64,000 nt of DNA from Caecitellus pseudoparvulus (Eukaryota > Protista > Bigyra: Bicosoecida), in contig CBFFRQ010000042.1 in NCBI GenBank assembly GCA_965644315.1, forward strand, positions 620,001-684,000. The letters run 5' to 3'. The notes under the pieces were generated by a model that was not told the DNA's origin, did not search any database, and saw only the letters and a program-made list of their open reading frames with translations. Every line of letters starts with the position of its first letter. Position 1 is the first letter of the stretch. A program made the position numbers and the translations under genes. Below are positions 22,963-33,472 of this stretch, piece after piece.

Positions 22963-25900
22963 TCACGCCACCTTGCTTTCTCCCTGCCCCAGGCTGCCCT
23001 CCAGCCCATGCAGGTCGTCGAGGGAGGCGTCATCAGTCTCTGTGTGCAGCACTTGCACAGCGGTATCACCACCGCCTTGGTCGGCATCCAAGGACACATC
23101 CAGCACGGACGGCGCGTCGTCCAGCAGGTCCACGTGGGAGCCCCCCGGCACGGTCGGCACATGCGCCGTGTCCGCCTTGGCGAACGCGCGCTCCAGCTCT
23201 GCCTCGTGGGCCTCCCACACTCGGTGGCGCACAGGCGTGCCCATGTGTGTGAGGGTGCCCGCTTCCATGCTCCACTCGTTGGAGACCAGCGCAATGCCTC
23301 GGGGCATCTGCCACGCAGCCATGCCGCACTGGGCGCACTGGTGCTGGATGGCGTCCAGCAAGAACGTGTGCACGACAGAGCTGTGCACTGCCACGTGCAG
23401 GCTCAGGGCCAAGTCTCCGTTCGCGGAGCGGGGCAGGGAGATGTCCTTGTCCGCGCGTCGCAGCGCTTGTGTGCGCAGCATCGCGTGCACATCCGGGACC
23501 ACCAGGACCACGGCCACTGCACGGGAGGCGTCAGCGTACGCCACAACAGCGGCGACGTAGGGCGACAGGCGTGCCGCCGCTTCGATGCGGGCGAGGGACA
23601 CGAGCTTGCCGTTGGCGAGCCGGACGATTTCGTGCTTGCGCCCCAGCACGTGCAGGGTGCCGTCGCCGAGGATCTGCCCGACATCCCCCGTGCGCAGCCA
23701 GCCGCCGTCTCGAGACATGTCTGGCATGGCGTGCGCCGAGTAGCCGGAGCCGAGGTTGGCGCCAGACAGGCAGATCTCCCCGATGGGCAAGGCCTTGCCC
23801 TTGACGCTGACGCCGATGTCGGGCCAGTCGGCCAGCTTCAGCCGTCCACAGGCGACGGGGGGCCCTGCCGAGTCCTGGCGCCGGCGCAGCGGCCAGGACA
23901 TGGTGCCCATGCCCGCCGACTCGGCACAGCCGTACACCTGCACGATGGGGCAGGACATGACTTCTGACATGAACTGGTGCAGGGGCGGCAGGACAGGAGC
24001 GCCGGTGGCCACGACCACCCTCAAGTTGCCGCCGAACGTGGCGCGCCGCAGAGGCTCAAAGACGAGCCAGTTCCAGAGGGGCGTGGCCACGCCGCGGTGC
24101 GTCGCAGACTGCTTGGCGCGCCTGCCACACCAGACCAGGCAGTCGTACGCCCACCCGGCAGCAGCGACGCTGGCCTCCACCTCGTGCATGAGGCGGTCTA
24201 GTTGCGTTGGCAGGACGGCCATGATGGTGGGGCGCACGATGGCGGCATCCCCTTGTACGACGCCCCCTTCACTGCTGGGCGTCAGGGCGGGGATGCGCTT
24301 GCCGTGGGCGGTGAGGCTGTCGGGGTACCCGCACGCGACGGCGCCGCCCTGTGACAGCAGCGCCAGCTGCATGATCAGCTCCAAGGGCGCCGCCACGGAC
24401 GAGTACGACAGCATGGTGTCTGTGTGGTTCAAGGCAGGCACGCCCACTGCGTAGGAGGCCAGCGCAGCCAGGAGGTTTCCGTGGGACAGCTGCACTGGGC
24501 GGGGCTGTCCCCGGCCGCCAGCGGAGAAGGTGATGACGGCGGTGCTGCTGCGCTGCACACGCTCTGCAGCGAAGAGGGTCGCGGGCAGGGCATCGGGGAG
24601 AGCGGCCGTGGTCACGCGGGGCTCTGTGGAGGGCGTCACGGCAGACTCCGGCGCCACGGACTTGGAGGTGCCCTGCTTGCCGGCGGAAGACGTGGGGAGG
24701 GCGGCGGGTGCTTCGGCTCGCAGGAGGGGGGAGCCCTGCTCCCCCAGGGCCAGCAGAGCGCGCCACGGCAACACCGTTGCGCCGAGGGCAGTGACATCCC
24801 GCACGGCACGGGCCTGTGTGCCTGTGAAGCCGGCCATGAGCTGCTCGGCCATGATGGGGGCGAGGGGGCTGGCCAGGTTCCAGGCGGGGTCATTGCGGTC
24901 CCGCAGCGGCACAATCATGCGCAGGGAGCGGCAGCGGCGAGCCATGGAGTCCCCCGTGTCAGACAGCAGCGCAGCCACCGTCTCCATCTGGTGTGACTCG
25001 CACACGAGGATGGAGCACTGCGTCGCCTCGATGCAGTGCTGCAGTGTGCGGGGGGCGCACCAGGGCAGCAGCACCGCCGTGAGGCCGTGGTAGGCACACG
25101 CCAGCGTGGCCAGGGTGCTCTCTGGGCGGCTGGAGCAGAGGATGCCCACGTGGGGCTTCTGAGCGCGGGGGTCCCGTGAGGGGGCCAGGGCGCCCATGTC
25201 CTCCAGCAGCGCCACGAAGCCACCCCCCACCTGCAGCACGGCCTGGTGGCTGGCGGAGTACGACAGCCACTCCAGGGAGTTTTTCAGCACCCACTTCTCC
25301 ACTGTGCGGGTGCGGCGGCCGCCGTCGTCCAGGCCGTACGTGAAGGGCTCCGTGGTGACCTCATCCACCAGGCGCCAGCCGAGGCAGCGACTGGCGCCGT
25401 ACAAGTCCACGGACCTGTCCCACAGCTGCCGCAGCGTGGTGGCCCCGCCCACGGAGGTCGTGTATGACTCCAGGAAGCGGGTGTTGCGCAGCGGGTCGGT
25501 GCTGTACGGCGTGGGTTTGCCGGGCTGCGCCACGGCGTGTGGCACGGCGTACGCCCTGCGTGGCGCATCCTGCCAGAAACCCGCCAGGACACAGGGGGCC
25601 ACTGCGAGGATGATGGCAGTCACCAGGAACAGCGCGACGAGGCCCGGGCCCATGCTGTGCTCAGAGGCTGTGGAGGGCGGGTGTCAAGGCGTGGGTGAAG
25701 AGCGGGCGACACGGCGAGAGTGAGGGGGGGCCACGCACCCACGGCCCACCACAGTCCAACTGTGGCGGCGAGCAGCGCGCTCACGCCCAGTGTGACGCAG
25801 ACCTTGGTGACAGAGGCGCGCAGCCGACCGAGGCGGTTGGCGGCGGCATCTTGCACAGCGTTGTTGAGCCAGTCTTCCTCGATCCACGTTCGGAGCTCCT

Positions 25901-26018
25901 CTCCGGATGGCGCGGGGCAGTGTGGAATGAAGATCGGCCCTGCATCCCCTGCGCCCCTCTGCGACTTAGATGCAGCCGCCTTGGCCCCGCCGGCATCCAC
26001 TTCGCCGCTGCGGCCCAT
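22963..26018 (-). CDS. Long-chain acyl-CoA synthetase-like protein with degenerate catalytic motifs and two N-terminal TM segments; join(complement 26018..25739,25667..22963)
   Basis: Adenylate-forming fold motifs: SHGNL, GGNLR, QVYGCAES, GEICLSG, GWLRTGDVG and GRKHEIVRL. A 71-nt intron links the upstream exon in frame. Confidence 0.8.
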
Positions 26019-26644
26019 GTCAGGTGCCGTGGTCAGAAACGCGCCTCAGCAACCGGTCACAAGTGGAGAGCAGGCGCAGCCTTGCGGTGGCCGAGTGGCA
26101 CGGTAGCCAGGGCACACTGCAGCACCAACACGCGCTGGTGTGGACTCCTGACTTCCTCAACTCTTTGGGGCCTCGGTGCAACGCCAGCCGCCAACGGGCA
26201 GAATTTCGGCTGCGGAAGTAGAACCTCGCGCTGCCGGAGCAACCTCCTTTCTTCCGTGCCAAACAGGCAAGCGCAGCAGGCGCAGACGGGAGGATGGCAG
26301 TACCCACCGCATCACAGTGGGAAATAGATTTACACTGTGGAGTCCACTTGCTCCTGCCCCTCTCGTGCTCTTGGCCTTGCCTTCGCCAGCTGCCTGCACA
26401 GCTGCCAAGCATGGCGGCAGCTGGACATCGAGCAGGAGCAGTAGGGAGTCAAATCCTGCAGTCCTCTACAACTCTGATCTGAGCACGGGGCTTGTTGGAC
26501 CCCTTTGGCAAGCAGCAAGCGCTGCCTGCGCTTGTCGCTCAGGCAGCACCTGCACTGCAAGTGGCTGCGAGTTGGCTGGCGTTTCATCCCGCCAAGCCTT
26601 GAGGGGCGGCACGGCGTTTGACGGGTCAGGCCTTCATGTGCAGC

Positions 26645-28507
26645 ATGGATGGGGCATACCAGGCGCACCTGTATGGCGTGCATGATCGGTCAACGGAAGG
26701 AGGGTGCATGCAGGGCTTTGCCGTCTTGTGGGGGGGCCAGGTTGTCGGGGAGTTTCCCGAGCGCACTGCCGCAGCCATGGCCTTCGCGTACGCCCTGCGC
26801 AAGTGCGGGCAGAGCACGCACCCGCAGGCCTTGTCAGACGTGGATTTCGGCAAGTTTTTCCCCTCTTGGCGCCAGACGTATGCTTCACAGCTGCCGTTGT
26901 TGGACGATGTCGTTGCGCAGGTGGTGGCGCAGGAGCAGGCTGCAGCCGCTGACAAGGCGGCAAACGGCGACACCGACGGCTGGTCTGCTGACGGGCAAGG
27001 CGTCGTGCAGTTGGGCGTGCATTCCATCCGCATCCCCGACGTCGCGGGGCACGTCCTGTCGGGGGCCATCGCCTCCTGGCAGCAGCAACGCCAGGCGGCG
27101 CTGCAGCGCAAGGACATGGCCACGGCGACAGCTCTGCAGCAGCAGGGGCTGTCCGAGGAGACGCTGCGCTGGGCGTGCAAGACGGCTGCAGATGCCATCG
27201 TGCCCATCAGCATCTCTGCGTCGGACCTGGCCCTGCCCGCGGCCCAGGACCCCAGCATGCGCAAGCTGGGCGTGGCAGCTGGCTTCCGCCTGCCTGCAGC
27301 GCCGGCCCAGCTGCAGCCCAGTGACCTGGCCTTGACGCCTTCAGACTTGGCTGTGCCACCCTGCCTGCCCCCTGCTCGGCGCCCCAGCGATGCCGAGGTG
27401 CCTGCCCCTGGCCCCGGGGAGAGGTGGCGCGCTGGCGCCGATGCGTCCCTGCCGCTCGCCATGGCGCTGCCCCGCGCGACACGGGATTGGGAGGAGGGCG
27501 TCATCATGAACGGGCTGTGGAAGAGCGCCAAGGACCCCTTCACCTCCACCCGGGTGCGCCTGCGCCTGCCCCAGCCGGTGGTGCTGCGCGGCGCTGCTGC
27601 GCGTCAGGCTGCACCGCCCCTGACAGGCTGGCGCCTGTGCTTGGGGACGGCCACCATCTCCAATGTCTCCGTCGACTGGGATGCTGCAGCACAGAGTGGG
27701 AGCTTCCAGCTCTCCCTGCATTCCACACCAGCGGCGGGCCACGAGGGCGGGCCGCAGGGGGTTTCCGTGGCCACGCCCTTGCCCGAAGCAGGGCAGGAGC
27801 TGCCCCTGCCCCGCCTCAGAGAGCAGCGCATGCTGCGGAGCGCAGTGGCTGTCGGCCCCGTGGCAGTGTTGGCCCAGCCCGGCCCTGGCGCGTCGCCCCC
27901 CCTGGACATCCTGCGCCACTCTGCGCCGGGTCAGGCGCCGGGCGGCGAGGACGCCGGCGGCCTGGCCATGTCATGTGCCCTGGCTGGCACCATGCGGCAG
28001 TGGTACGACGTGTGGGGACAGGCGCGCAGCAAGCCTCTGACCAGTGCAGATGCGGGCGAGGCGCCGCCTGCCAAGCGGCCTCGGCCTAGCCTGTGGCGAG
28101 ACGGCACTGTCCTGGCCCTGGGCACACTGCAGGGCGGCGCTGCTCTCAGCAGTGCGCCAGAGTGGGCCTGGCGGCACGTGGATCGAGTGCTGGGCACCCC
28201 ACCCCCCGGCAGGCAGGGTGACGTGCACTGGAGCCAGCTGCCGCCGTGGAGCGGGGCCAGCCTGGATGCGCAGGGCACGGTGGCTGCCGCCGCCGCCTCC
28301 ATCCGCGCAGCCTGCATGGCGTGGCACACGAAGCTGTCCACAGCGCGTGGCGCCGCCTCGCGCTGCGTCACGTTCAAGTACCGGGACCTGCTCCTGCAGC
28401 AGCAGCGGGCGATGCTGCTGGCACAGAGCCACGGGCAGTTGGCGGCGGACCAGGGGGGGGGCGGTGGCATGCACTTCCAGGGGCAGACGGGGCCTCCCCA
28501 GGGCTGA
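26645..28507 (+). CDS. Hypothetical protein with a possible degenerate N-terminal AP2-like domain
   Basis: Open frame of about 620 aa with coding-like composition. N-terminus LYGVH..FAVLWGGQVVGEFPERTAAAMAFAYALRKCG and an NLS-like PPAKRPRP. Confidence 0.55.
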   Translation: MDGAYQAHLYGVHDRSTEGGCMQGFAVLWGGQVVGEFPERTAAAMAFAYALRKCGQSTHPQALSDVDFGKFFPSWRQTYASQLPLLDDVVAQVVAQEQAAAADKAANGDTDGWSADGQGVVQLGVHSIRIPDVAGHVLSGAIASWQQQRQAALQRKDMATATALQQQGLSEETLRWACKTAADAIVPISISASDLALPAAQDPSMRKLGVAAGFRLPAAPAQLQPSDLALTPSDLAVPPCLPPARRPSDAEVPAPGPGERWRAGADASLPLAMALPRATRDWEEGVIMNGLWKSAKDPFTSTRVRLRLPQPVVLRGAAARQAAPPLTGWRLCLGTATISNVSVDWDAAAQSGSFQLSLHSTPAAGHEGGPQGVSVATPLPEAGQELPLPRLREQRMLRSAVAVGPVAVLAQPGPGASPPLDILRHSAPGQAPGGEDAGGLAMSCALAGTMRQWYDVWGQARSKPLTSADAGEAPPAKRPRPSLWRDGTVLALGTLQGGAALSSAPEWAWRHVDRVLGTPPPGRQGDVHWSQLPPWSGASLDAQGTVAAAAASIRAACMAWHTKLSTARGAASRCVTFKYRDLLLQQQRAMLLAQSHGQLAADQGGGGGMHFQGQTGPPQG

Positions 28508-29984
28508 CGCGGGGCAGGCCCAGCAGGGTGTCCTGCACCCACTCCACCTGCTCCTGCACGCTGGCGCGCACCCACCAAGCAGTGGGCAGGGCGAACCACC
28601 GCCAGCCAGCAGCTGCCAGGGTGCGTGGAAGGGAGTCTGCGGCCGCTGCAGCCCTGCCTTGCGTGGGGTCTGGGATGAGGCATGCTCTGTAGGCTGGCAG
28701 GGCCAGGGGCAGCACTGCTGTGCCCCCCCACGGCAGCTGCAGCGTGTGCTGCACGCGGCAAGGGTAGCCTGCCTGACGCACCCGAGCGGCCGCCGCCTTC
28801 AGCAAGCTGCGCAGGCGGCGCTGGGCAGCGGAGGCACCTGCTGCATGCTTGCACTGCTGCTGCAGCCAGGCAGGCGGCGTCTGCTGCAGTGCGCCGCAGG
28901 CGCTGTGCAGGTGGCGCGCCTGGCCTGTGCTGAGGGGCAGGTGCTGGTCCTGTACGGCGCGCAGCAGGCGCTGCAGGAGGCCAGGCACGTGCAGGCCGGC
29001 ATGAATGCAGCCACGCAGCGTGTCGATCATGTCGGCCAGGGGCATGGCTGGCCCTGGCGCCCGCAGGCCATCTTCCACTGGCCCCAGCAGGCCCGGCGCC
29101 AGCTGCCCGGTGAGGAGGGCGCTGGCAGCCAGCGCCTGCAAGGCCGGCGCGGGCAAGCGGCCATGGGCTGGCAGTGCCTGCAGCACGGCATCTTGTAGCC
29201 ACGCGTGCAGGTGCGGGTCGTCCATGCGGAAGGCGCTGACCGCTGCGAGGGCATTGCTGGCAGGCTGCCCTGCGGGGAGCATGGACGACCAGGGGGCGGC
29301 GTGCGGGGGGGAGGCGTCCCACACCTCAGAGGGCGCAGGGGGCGACAGCGTCAGGGCCGACGGAATGCAGGCGTGGGGAGGCTGCAGGCTCTCCTCGTGC
29401 GCGTGCAGTTGGCGGTGCAGAAAGCGCTGCACCGCACTGCGCGACCTCGGGCGGAGCTGGTGGCCATAGCTGGCACACAGGTGCAGGAAGGAGAGCACCT
29501 CGGGCATGGACAGGTGACCAATGAAGGAAGGCAGCCCCTCGTCGCACTGCGTCAGCAAGTCCGCCATCACGTGGGCACGGCGTCCAAACTTCCCTCGCTC
29601 GCCCTGCGCCGCGGCGACCTTGCAGGCCGCGAGGAGGCAGTTGGGCACGGCGTAGTCACAGCCGAAGGCCGTGTAGTGTGCAACTACAGCGGGCGCGCTG
29701 TCTGCCGCCTCGAGGGCTGACTGGGTTGAGTGCAGCGTGGCGTCGTGCATGTCCAGCCAGTGCTGAACGTGGCGCTGCGCTGCCCAGTCGCCTTGACCCT
29801 CATGCTGCTGTGCTTTCACGCCCACCTTGGGCCTCCCCAATGGGACATGCTCTCCAAGAATGACTGAGTGTGGGCCGGGTGCCGTCTGGGTCGCACAGCC
29901 GCGCAGGAAAGGCGTCCAGCCTTGGGTGGGGCTGTGAAACGCAAGCGAAACTGCGGCCTTCGCAACTCGGCAACGTCCCCACAT
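28374..29984 (-). CDS. Helical-repeat protein with a C-terminal RAP domain, probably mitochondrial
   Basis: Presequence-like N-terminus and Ala/Leu helical repeats. The C-terminal LALPAYRACLIPD..RTLAAAGWRWFALPTAWW resembles the RAP consensus. The start codon is uncertain. Confidence 0.6.
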   Translation of the reverse strand: MWGRCRVAKAAVSLAFHSPTQGWTPFLRGCATQTAPGPHSVILGEHVPLGRPKVGVKAQQHEGQGDWAAQRHVQHWLDMHDATLHSTQSALEAADSAPAVVAHYTAFGCDYAVPNCLLAACKVAAAQGERGKFGRRAHVMADLLTQCDEGLPSFIGHLSMPEVLSFLHLCASYGHQLRPRSRSAVQRFLHRQLHAHEESLQPPHACIPSALTLSPPAPSEVWDASPPHAAPWSSMLPAGQPASNALAAVSAFRMDDPHLHAWLQDAVLQALPAHGRLPAPALQALAASALLTGQLAPGLLGPVEDGLRAPGPAMPLADMIDTLRGCIHAGLHVPGLLQRLLRAVQDQHLPLSTGQARHLHSACGALQQTPPAWLQQQCKHAAGASAAQRRLRSLLKAAAARVRQAGYPCRVQHTLQLPWGGTAVLPLALPAYRACLIPDPTQGRAAAAADSLPRTLAAAGWRWFALPTAWWVRASVQEQVEWVQDTLLGLPRVSPGEAPSAPGSACHRPPPGPPPTARGSVPAASPAAAAGAGPGT

Positions 29985-30115
29985 TACACGTTGCGATGCA
30001 AGGGGAGGTGCAATGCGTGTTCTGGACACAGTCTATCACAGTCATCCGGACAGTCCCATGCATGGGCTTCAATGACGTGCATGCCCACACTGTGAAGTTT
30101 GTACGAGGCGCAAGC
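29985..30115. promoter_or_regulatory. Putative bidirectional promoter (RAP protein / CutC), about 131 nt
   Basis: Head-to-head ATGs flank an AT-richer spacer. Inferred from gene layout only. Confidence 0.35.
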
Positions 30116-30931
30116 ATGGCTGAGGCCAAGCTCGCAACCACCGTGGAGGTGTGCGCTGAAACGCTGCGGTCCTGTGCTGCTGCTGTGGAGGGGGGTGCAC
30201 ACCGCATTGAACTGTGCAGTGCGCTCAGCGAAGGCGGCTTGACGCCGAGCCTCGCGTTCATCCGGGCGGCGGTGCAGCTGGCTGCCGGCACGTCAACGCA
30301 GGTGGGTGTCCTCATCCGCCCCCGCGCAGGCGACTTCGTGTACTCAGCCGAGGAAGTAGCCATCATGGAAGCGGACATTGGACTGGCAGTGGATGCTGGT
30401 GCCGCCTTCATCGTATCTGGTGCCTTGGCTGCAGACGGGTGTCTGGACGAGGCCAGCCTGCGCCGCCTCATCGCAGCGTGTGGCCCCGATGTCCCCTTCG
30501 TGTGCCACAGGTGTGTGGACGTCAGCGTGGACCCGCTGACGGCCTTTTACAACGCGCTGCAGTTGGGTGCGGCGCGTGTGCTGACGTCTGGTGCAGCGGC
30601 CAGTGCGCTGGAGGGGCACGGCACGCTGCAGGCCATGTTGGCAGGGGCTCAGGGCGACGCCACCAAACTGTGCGCAGCTGGAGGCATCACGGCGGCCACG
30701 GTGGGGGACCTGCTGTACAGGGTTCCCGGGCTGCAGCAGGTGCACGGGAGTGTGCGGGTGAGTGGCTCAAGCGGCTGCCAGCACCAGCCCGATCCACCCG
30801 TGTACATGGCCGCTGAGCGGCACAACACGCCTCAGAGTGAACACAGCCGCAAGGACAGCACATTTGAGTCTGTGACTGCCTTTGTCGCCGCGGCACAGTG
30901 TGCTGAACTGAAGGGCAGCCATTCCCCATGA
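30116..30931 (+). CDS. CUTC: Copper homeostasis protein CutC
   Basis: VEVC, GGAHRIELCSALSEGGLTPS, LIRPRAGDFVYS, HR..D, RVLTSG and QVHGS. Confidence 0.93.
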   Translation: MAEAKLATTVEVCAETLRSCAAAVEGGAHRIELCSALSEGGLTPSLAFIRAAVQLAAGTSTQVGVLIRPRAGDFVYSAEEVAIMEADIGLAVDAGAAFIVSGALAADGCLDEASLRRLIAACGPDVPFVCHRCVDVSVDPLTAFYNALQLGAARVLTSGAAASALEGHGTLQAMLAGAQGDATKLCAAGGITAATVGDLLYRVPGLQQVHGSVRVSGSSGCQHQPDPPVYMAAERHNTPQSEHSRKDSTFESVTAFVAAAQCAELKGSHSP

Positions 30932-31162
30932 GCGTCTGCGAGACCAGAGATGGGTGTGAACGGCCACGCCCTCAAGCATGGGCGTCTGCATCTTTCCTTG
31001 CAATGAAATTCACCAAAGTACAAGTACTACTCTACCATTGCACCTCACACTATCCCTCCTGCAATAGCTTCCTTGCAAGAGCCTGTGTTGTGCTGCAGCG
31101 TGCGGAAATCGCTTGCACACACGTCAGTGTCCCCCCCCACAACCGAGGCCTCCGTCGCCAGC

Positions 31163-31853
31163 ATGAGCCTCACATCAACGGCTCGGAAGCAGGTTGCAAG
31201 GCTGTCCATGTCAGCCAGGTGGGCGCCTCACCGTCAGCTCTCCACTCAAGACTTGCCTGATTTGGGAGCATATGGGTACACCGTGGCGAGCATCGAAGGG
31301 CGTGTCAGACGGCGCCGTCGCCCCCGCCCGCCTGGAGGTGAGTGCCTCCCCCCACCTCTGATCTTCGCATGGTCTCCTGTATCCGAGGCTTGCGTCACGT
31401 TCATGCCGTGGCGCCGTTGCAGCGACGGGGCGCACCTCCCGGCCCAAGTCCGAGGAAGACCACTGGGCCGCAGCGGGCGCGTTCGACCACGCGAAGGACC
31501 CCAAGCCAACGAAGACGGAAGCCAACGCTGCCTCAGTAACTGTGCTGCAGTCTCGCACTGTTGTGCGCCAGGCTGATGTGCCGGCGTTCGTGGCCAGCAG
31601 CAAGCGTGCGCTAGCTCGCCTGGTCCAAGCAGTCCCTAGCCTGACGGCAGCTGAGCTTCGAGTAGGTGGACAGGCTGACAGCGAGGGCAATGTGGAGGTG
31701 CAGTCCCACACCACGTGGGCTGGGGAGCCTGCCATGCACTCCCTCCCAGAGGACCCTCTCCTCACCGCGTGGCTGGCAGACATGGCGCAGTTCATGAAGC
31801 AGCGCCCGGAGGTGTCGTCATTCACACAGGAAGTTATCATTCCTGAACGATGA
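31163..31853 (+). CDS. Small putative mitochondrial protein with an ABM/dimeric alpha-beta barrel-like C-terminal domain; join(31163..31337,31423..31853)
   Basis: Presequence-like MSLTSTARKQVARLSMSARWAPHRQLST. An 85-nt GTGAGT..TTGCAG intron joins it in frame to the 31542-31853 ORF. Confidence 0.55.
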
Positions 31854-32108
31854 ACGCGGACAGGTGTCCTGGAGGACTGCGCGCGCTGTTTTCATGTGCT
31901 CAGGCGGTGCCCCAACTCAGTGTCGTGCCAAGCTTTACCCCGCTCTGCCTGTCCTCGGCGTCGAGCGAGACACTCCGCCAACATACCCCACTTGACAGAA
32001 AGAACAGAGGATGTATCATCCTCCACAGTCAATGCACCGAGTGGTTATGGCCTGAGCTGCTTGTAGGAGCATGTACATTGTCTGCGTTTCGGCTGCGTTT
32101 CGGAGGCA

Positions 32109-33461
32109 ATGCAAGCTGCTTTGACCGTGTGGGCGCCCTTTTTGGGTGGTGCATGCCTGCTCGTTTGCATTGCAGTGGGTCTGAATGCTGTTTTGTTCCC
32201 AGCTCTTCCCCTGCAGCGTCCGGGATGGAACTTTCCAGCCGTTTGCGAGACGCTGCGTGGGAGCCTGCCAGCCTTCCCAGCAGCTGTCGTGGACATGGAC
32301 GCCTTCGAAGCCAACGTGGCAGCATACGCGGACATCGCGCGCAAGGCAGGGAAGCGCATCCGCATCGCCACAAAGAGCATCCGTGTGCCACACCTCATCA
32401 GCTCTGTGCTGACGGGACCCCACGCAGACGTGTACAAGGGTGTCATGGCCTTCAGTGTGGCAGAAGCGAGCTTCCTGTGGCGGGAGGCGGGTGTGCGGGA
32501 CATCCTGCTCGCGTACCCAGTCGTGCACGGGCCAGCGTTGGCAGTTGGCATGGAGGCGATTCAGTCTGGCGCAGACATCACCTTCATGGTGGACTGCCCT
32601 GCACACCTGCATGCGCTGCAGGCCGCCGCGACAGAGGCTCGGCTGCAACAGCCTGTGCGTGTGTGCCTGGACGTGGACATGTCCTGGCGCCCGCTGGACC
32701 TGCTGCATGTCGGAGTGCAGCGCTCCGGCCTCCGCACTGCGCCTGACGTGCGGCGTGTGCTGGCTGAGGCTGCTGCGTGCCCGACTGTGGCGGTGGTGGG
32801 TGTCATGGGGTACGAAGCCCAGGTGGCTGGTCTGCCTGACGCCACCACCCTGGGGTGGCTGCCCAACTGGCTGGTGCACGGCATCAAGGCGGTGTCAGTG
32901 CCTCACGCAGCTCGCCAGCGCGCCATGGCCGTGCGGGCTTGCTTGGCGGCGGGCTGCGGACCACCCCTCCTCGTGAACGGCGGCGGGACGGGGTCCGTGG
33001 CCAGCACAGTGCAGGATGCCCTGGTGACGGAGGTGACTGTTGGCTCTGGCCTCCTGCACAGCACCTTGTTCGACCGATACACTGGTCGCGTCTCTCGTCC
33101 CGCTCTCGTCCTGGCGCTGCAGGTGACACGCCTGCCGCAGCCTGGTGTGGCCACTGCACATGGCGGCGGATTCATCGCCAGCGGTGCTGTGGGACGGGAC
33201 AAGCAGCCCAGCGTGGTGCACCCACACGGGGCACGCCCGCTGCAAGATGAAGGCTTCGGGGAAGTGCAGACCCCCCTGCAGTGGCCGAGGGGTGCGCCAG
33301 CCCCTCGCCTGGGGGATGTGGTCTTGGCACGCCCAGCCAAGGCTGGGGAGGTGGCCGAGCACTTCAACACGTACGCCCTGTGTCGTGGCATGCACAGCTC
33401 CGCCTGTGCAGTGCAAGAGCAGGTGCTGACGTACCGTGGGCACGGCATGGAGCTGCATTGA
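32109..33461 (+). CDS. PLP-dependent fold-type III enzyme (D-serine dehydratase/D-threonine aldolase-like) with an N-terminal hydrophobic anchor
   Basis: RIATKSIR (PLP lysine), GVMGYEAQVAG, VNGGGTGS, EVTVGSG, GGGFIASG, EGFGEVQTP, AKAGE and TYRG. Intronless. Confidence 0.85.
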   Translation: MQAALTVWAPFLGGACLLVCIAVGLNAVLFPALPLQRPGWNFPAVCETLRGSLPAFPAAVVDMDAFEANVAAYADIARKAGKRIRIATKSIRVPHLISSVLTGPHADVYKGVMAFSVAEASFLWREAGVRDILLAYPVVHGPALAVGMEAIQSGADITFMVDCPAHLHALQAAATEARLQQPVRVCLDVDMSWRPLDLLHVGVQRSGLRTAPDVRRVLAEAAACPTVAVVGVMGYEAQVAGLPDATTLGWLPNWLVHGIKAVSVPHAARQRAMAVRACLAAGCGPPLLVNGGGTGSVASTVQDALVTEVTVGSGLLHSTLFDRYTGRVSRPALVLALQVTRLPQPGVATAHGGGFIASGAVGRDKQPSVVHPHGARPLQDEGFGEVQTPLQWPRGAPAPRLGDVVLARPAKAGEVAEHFNTYALCRGMHSSACAVQEQVLTYRGHGMELH

Positions 33462-33472
33462 GTTCGGCAGTG

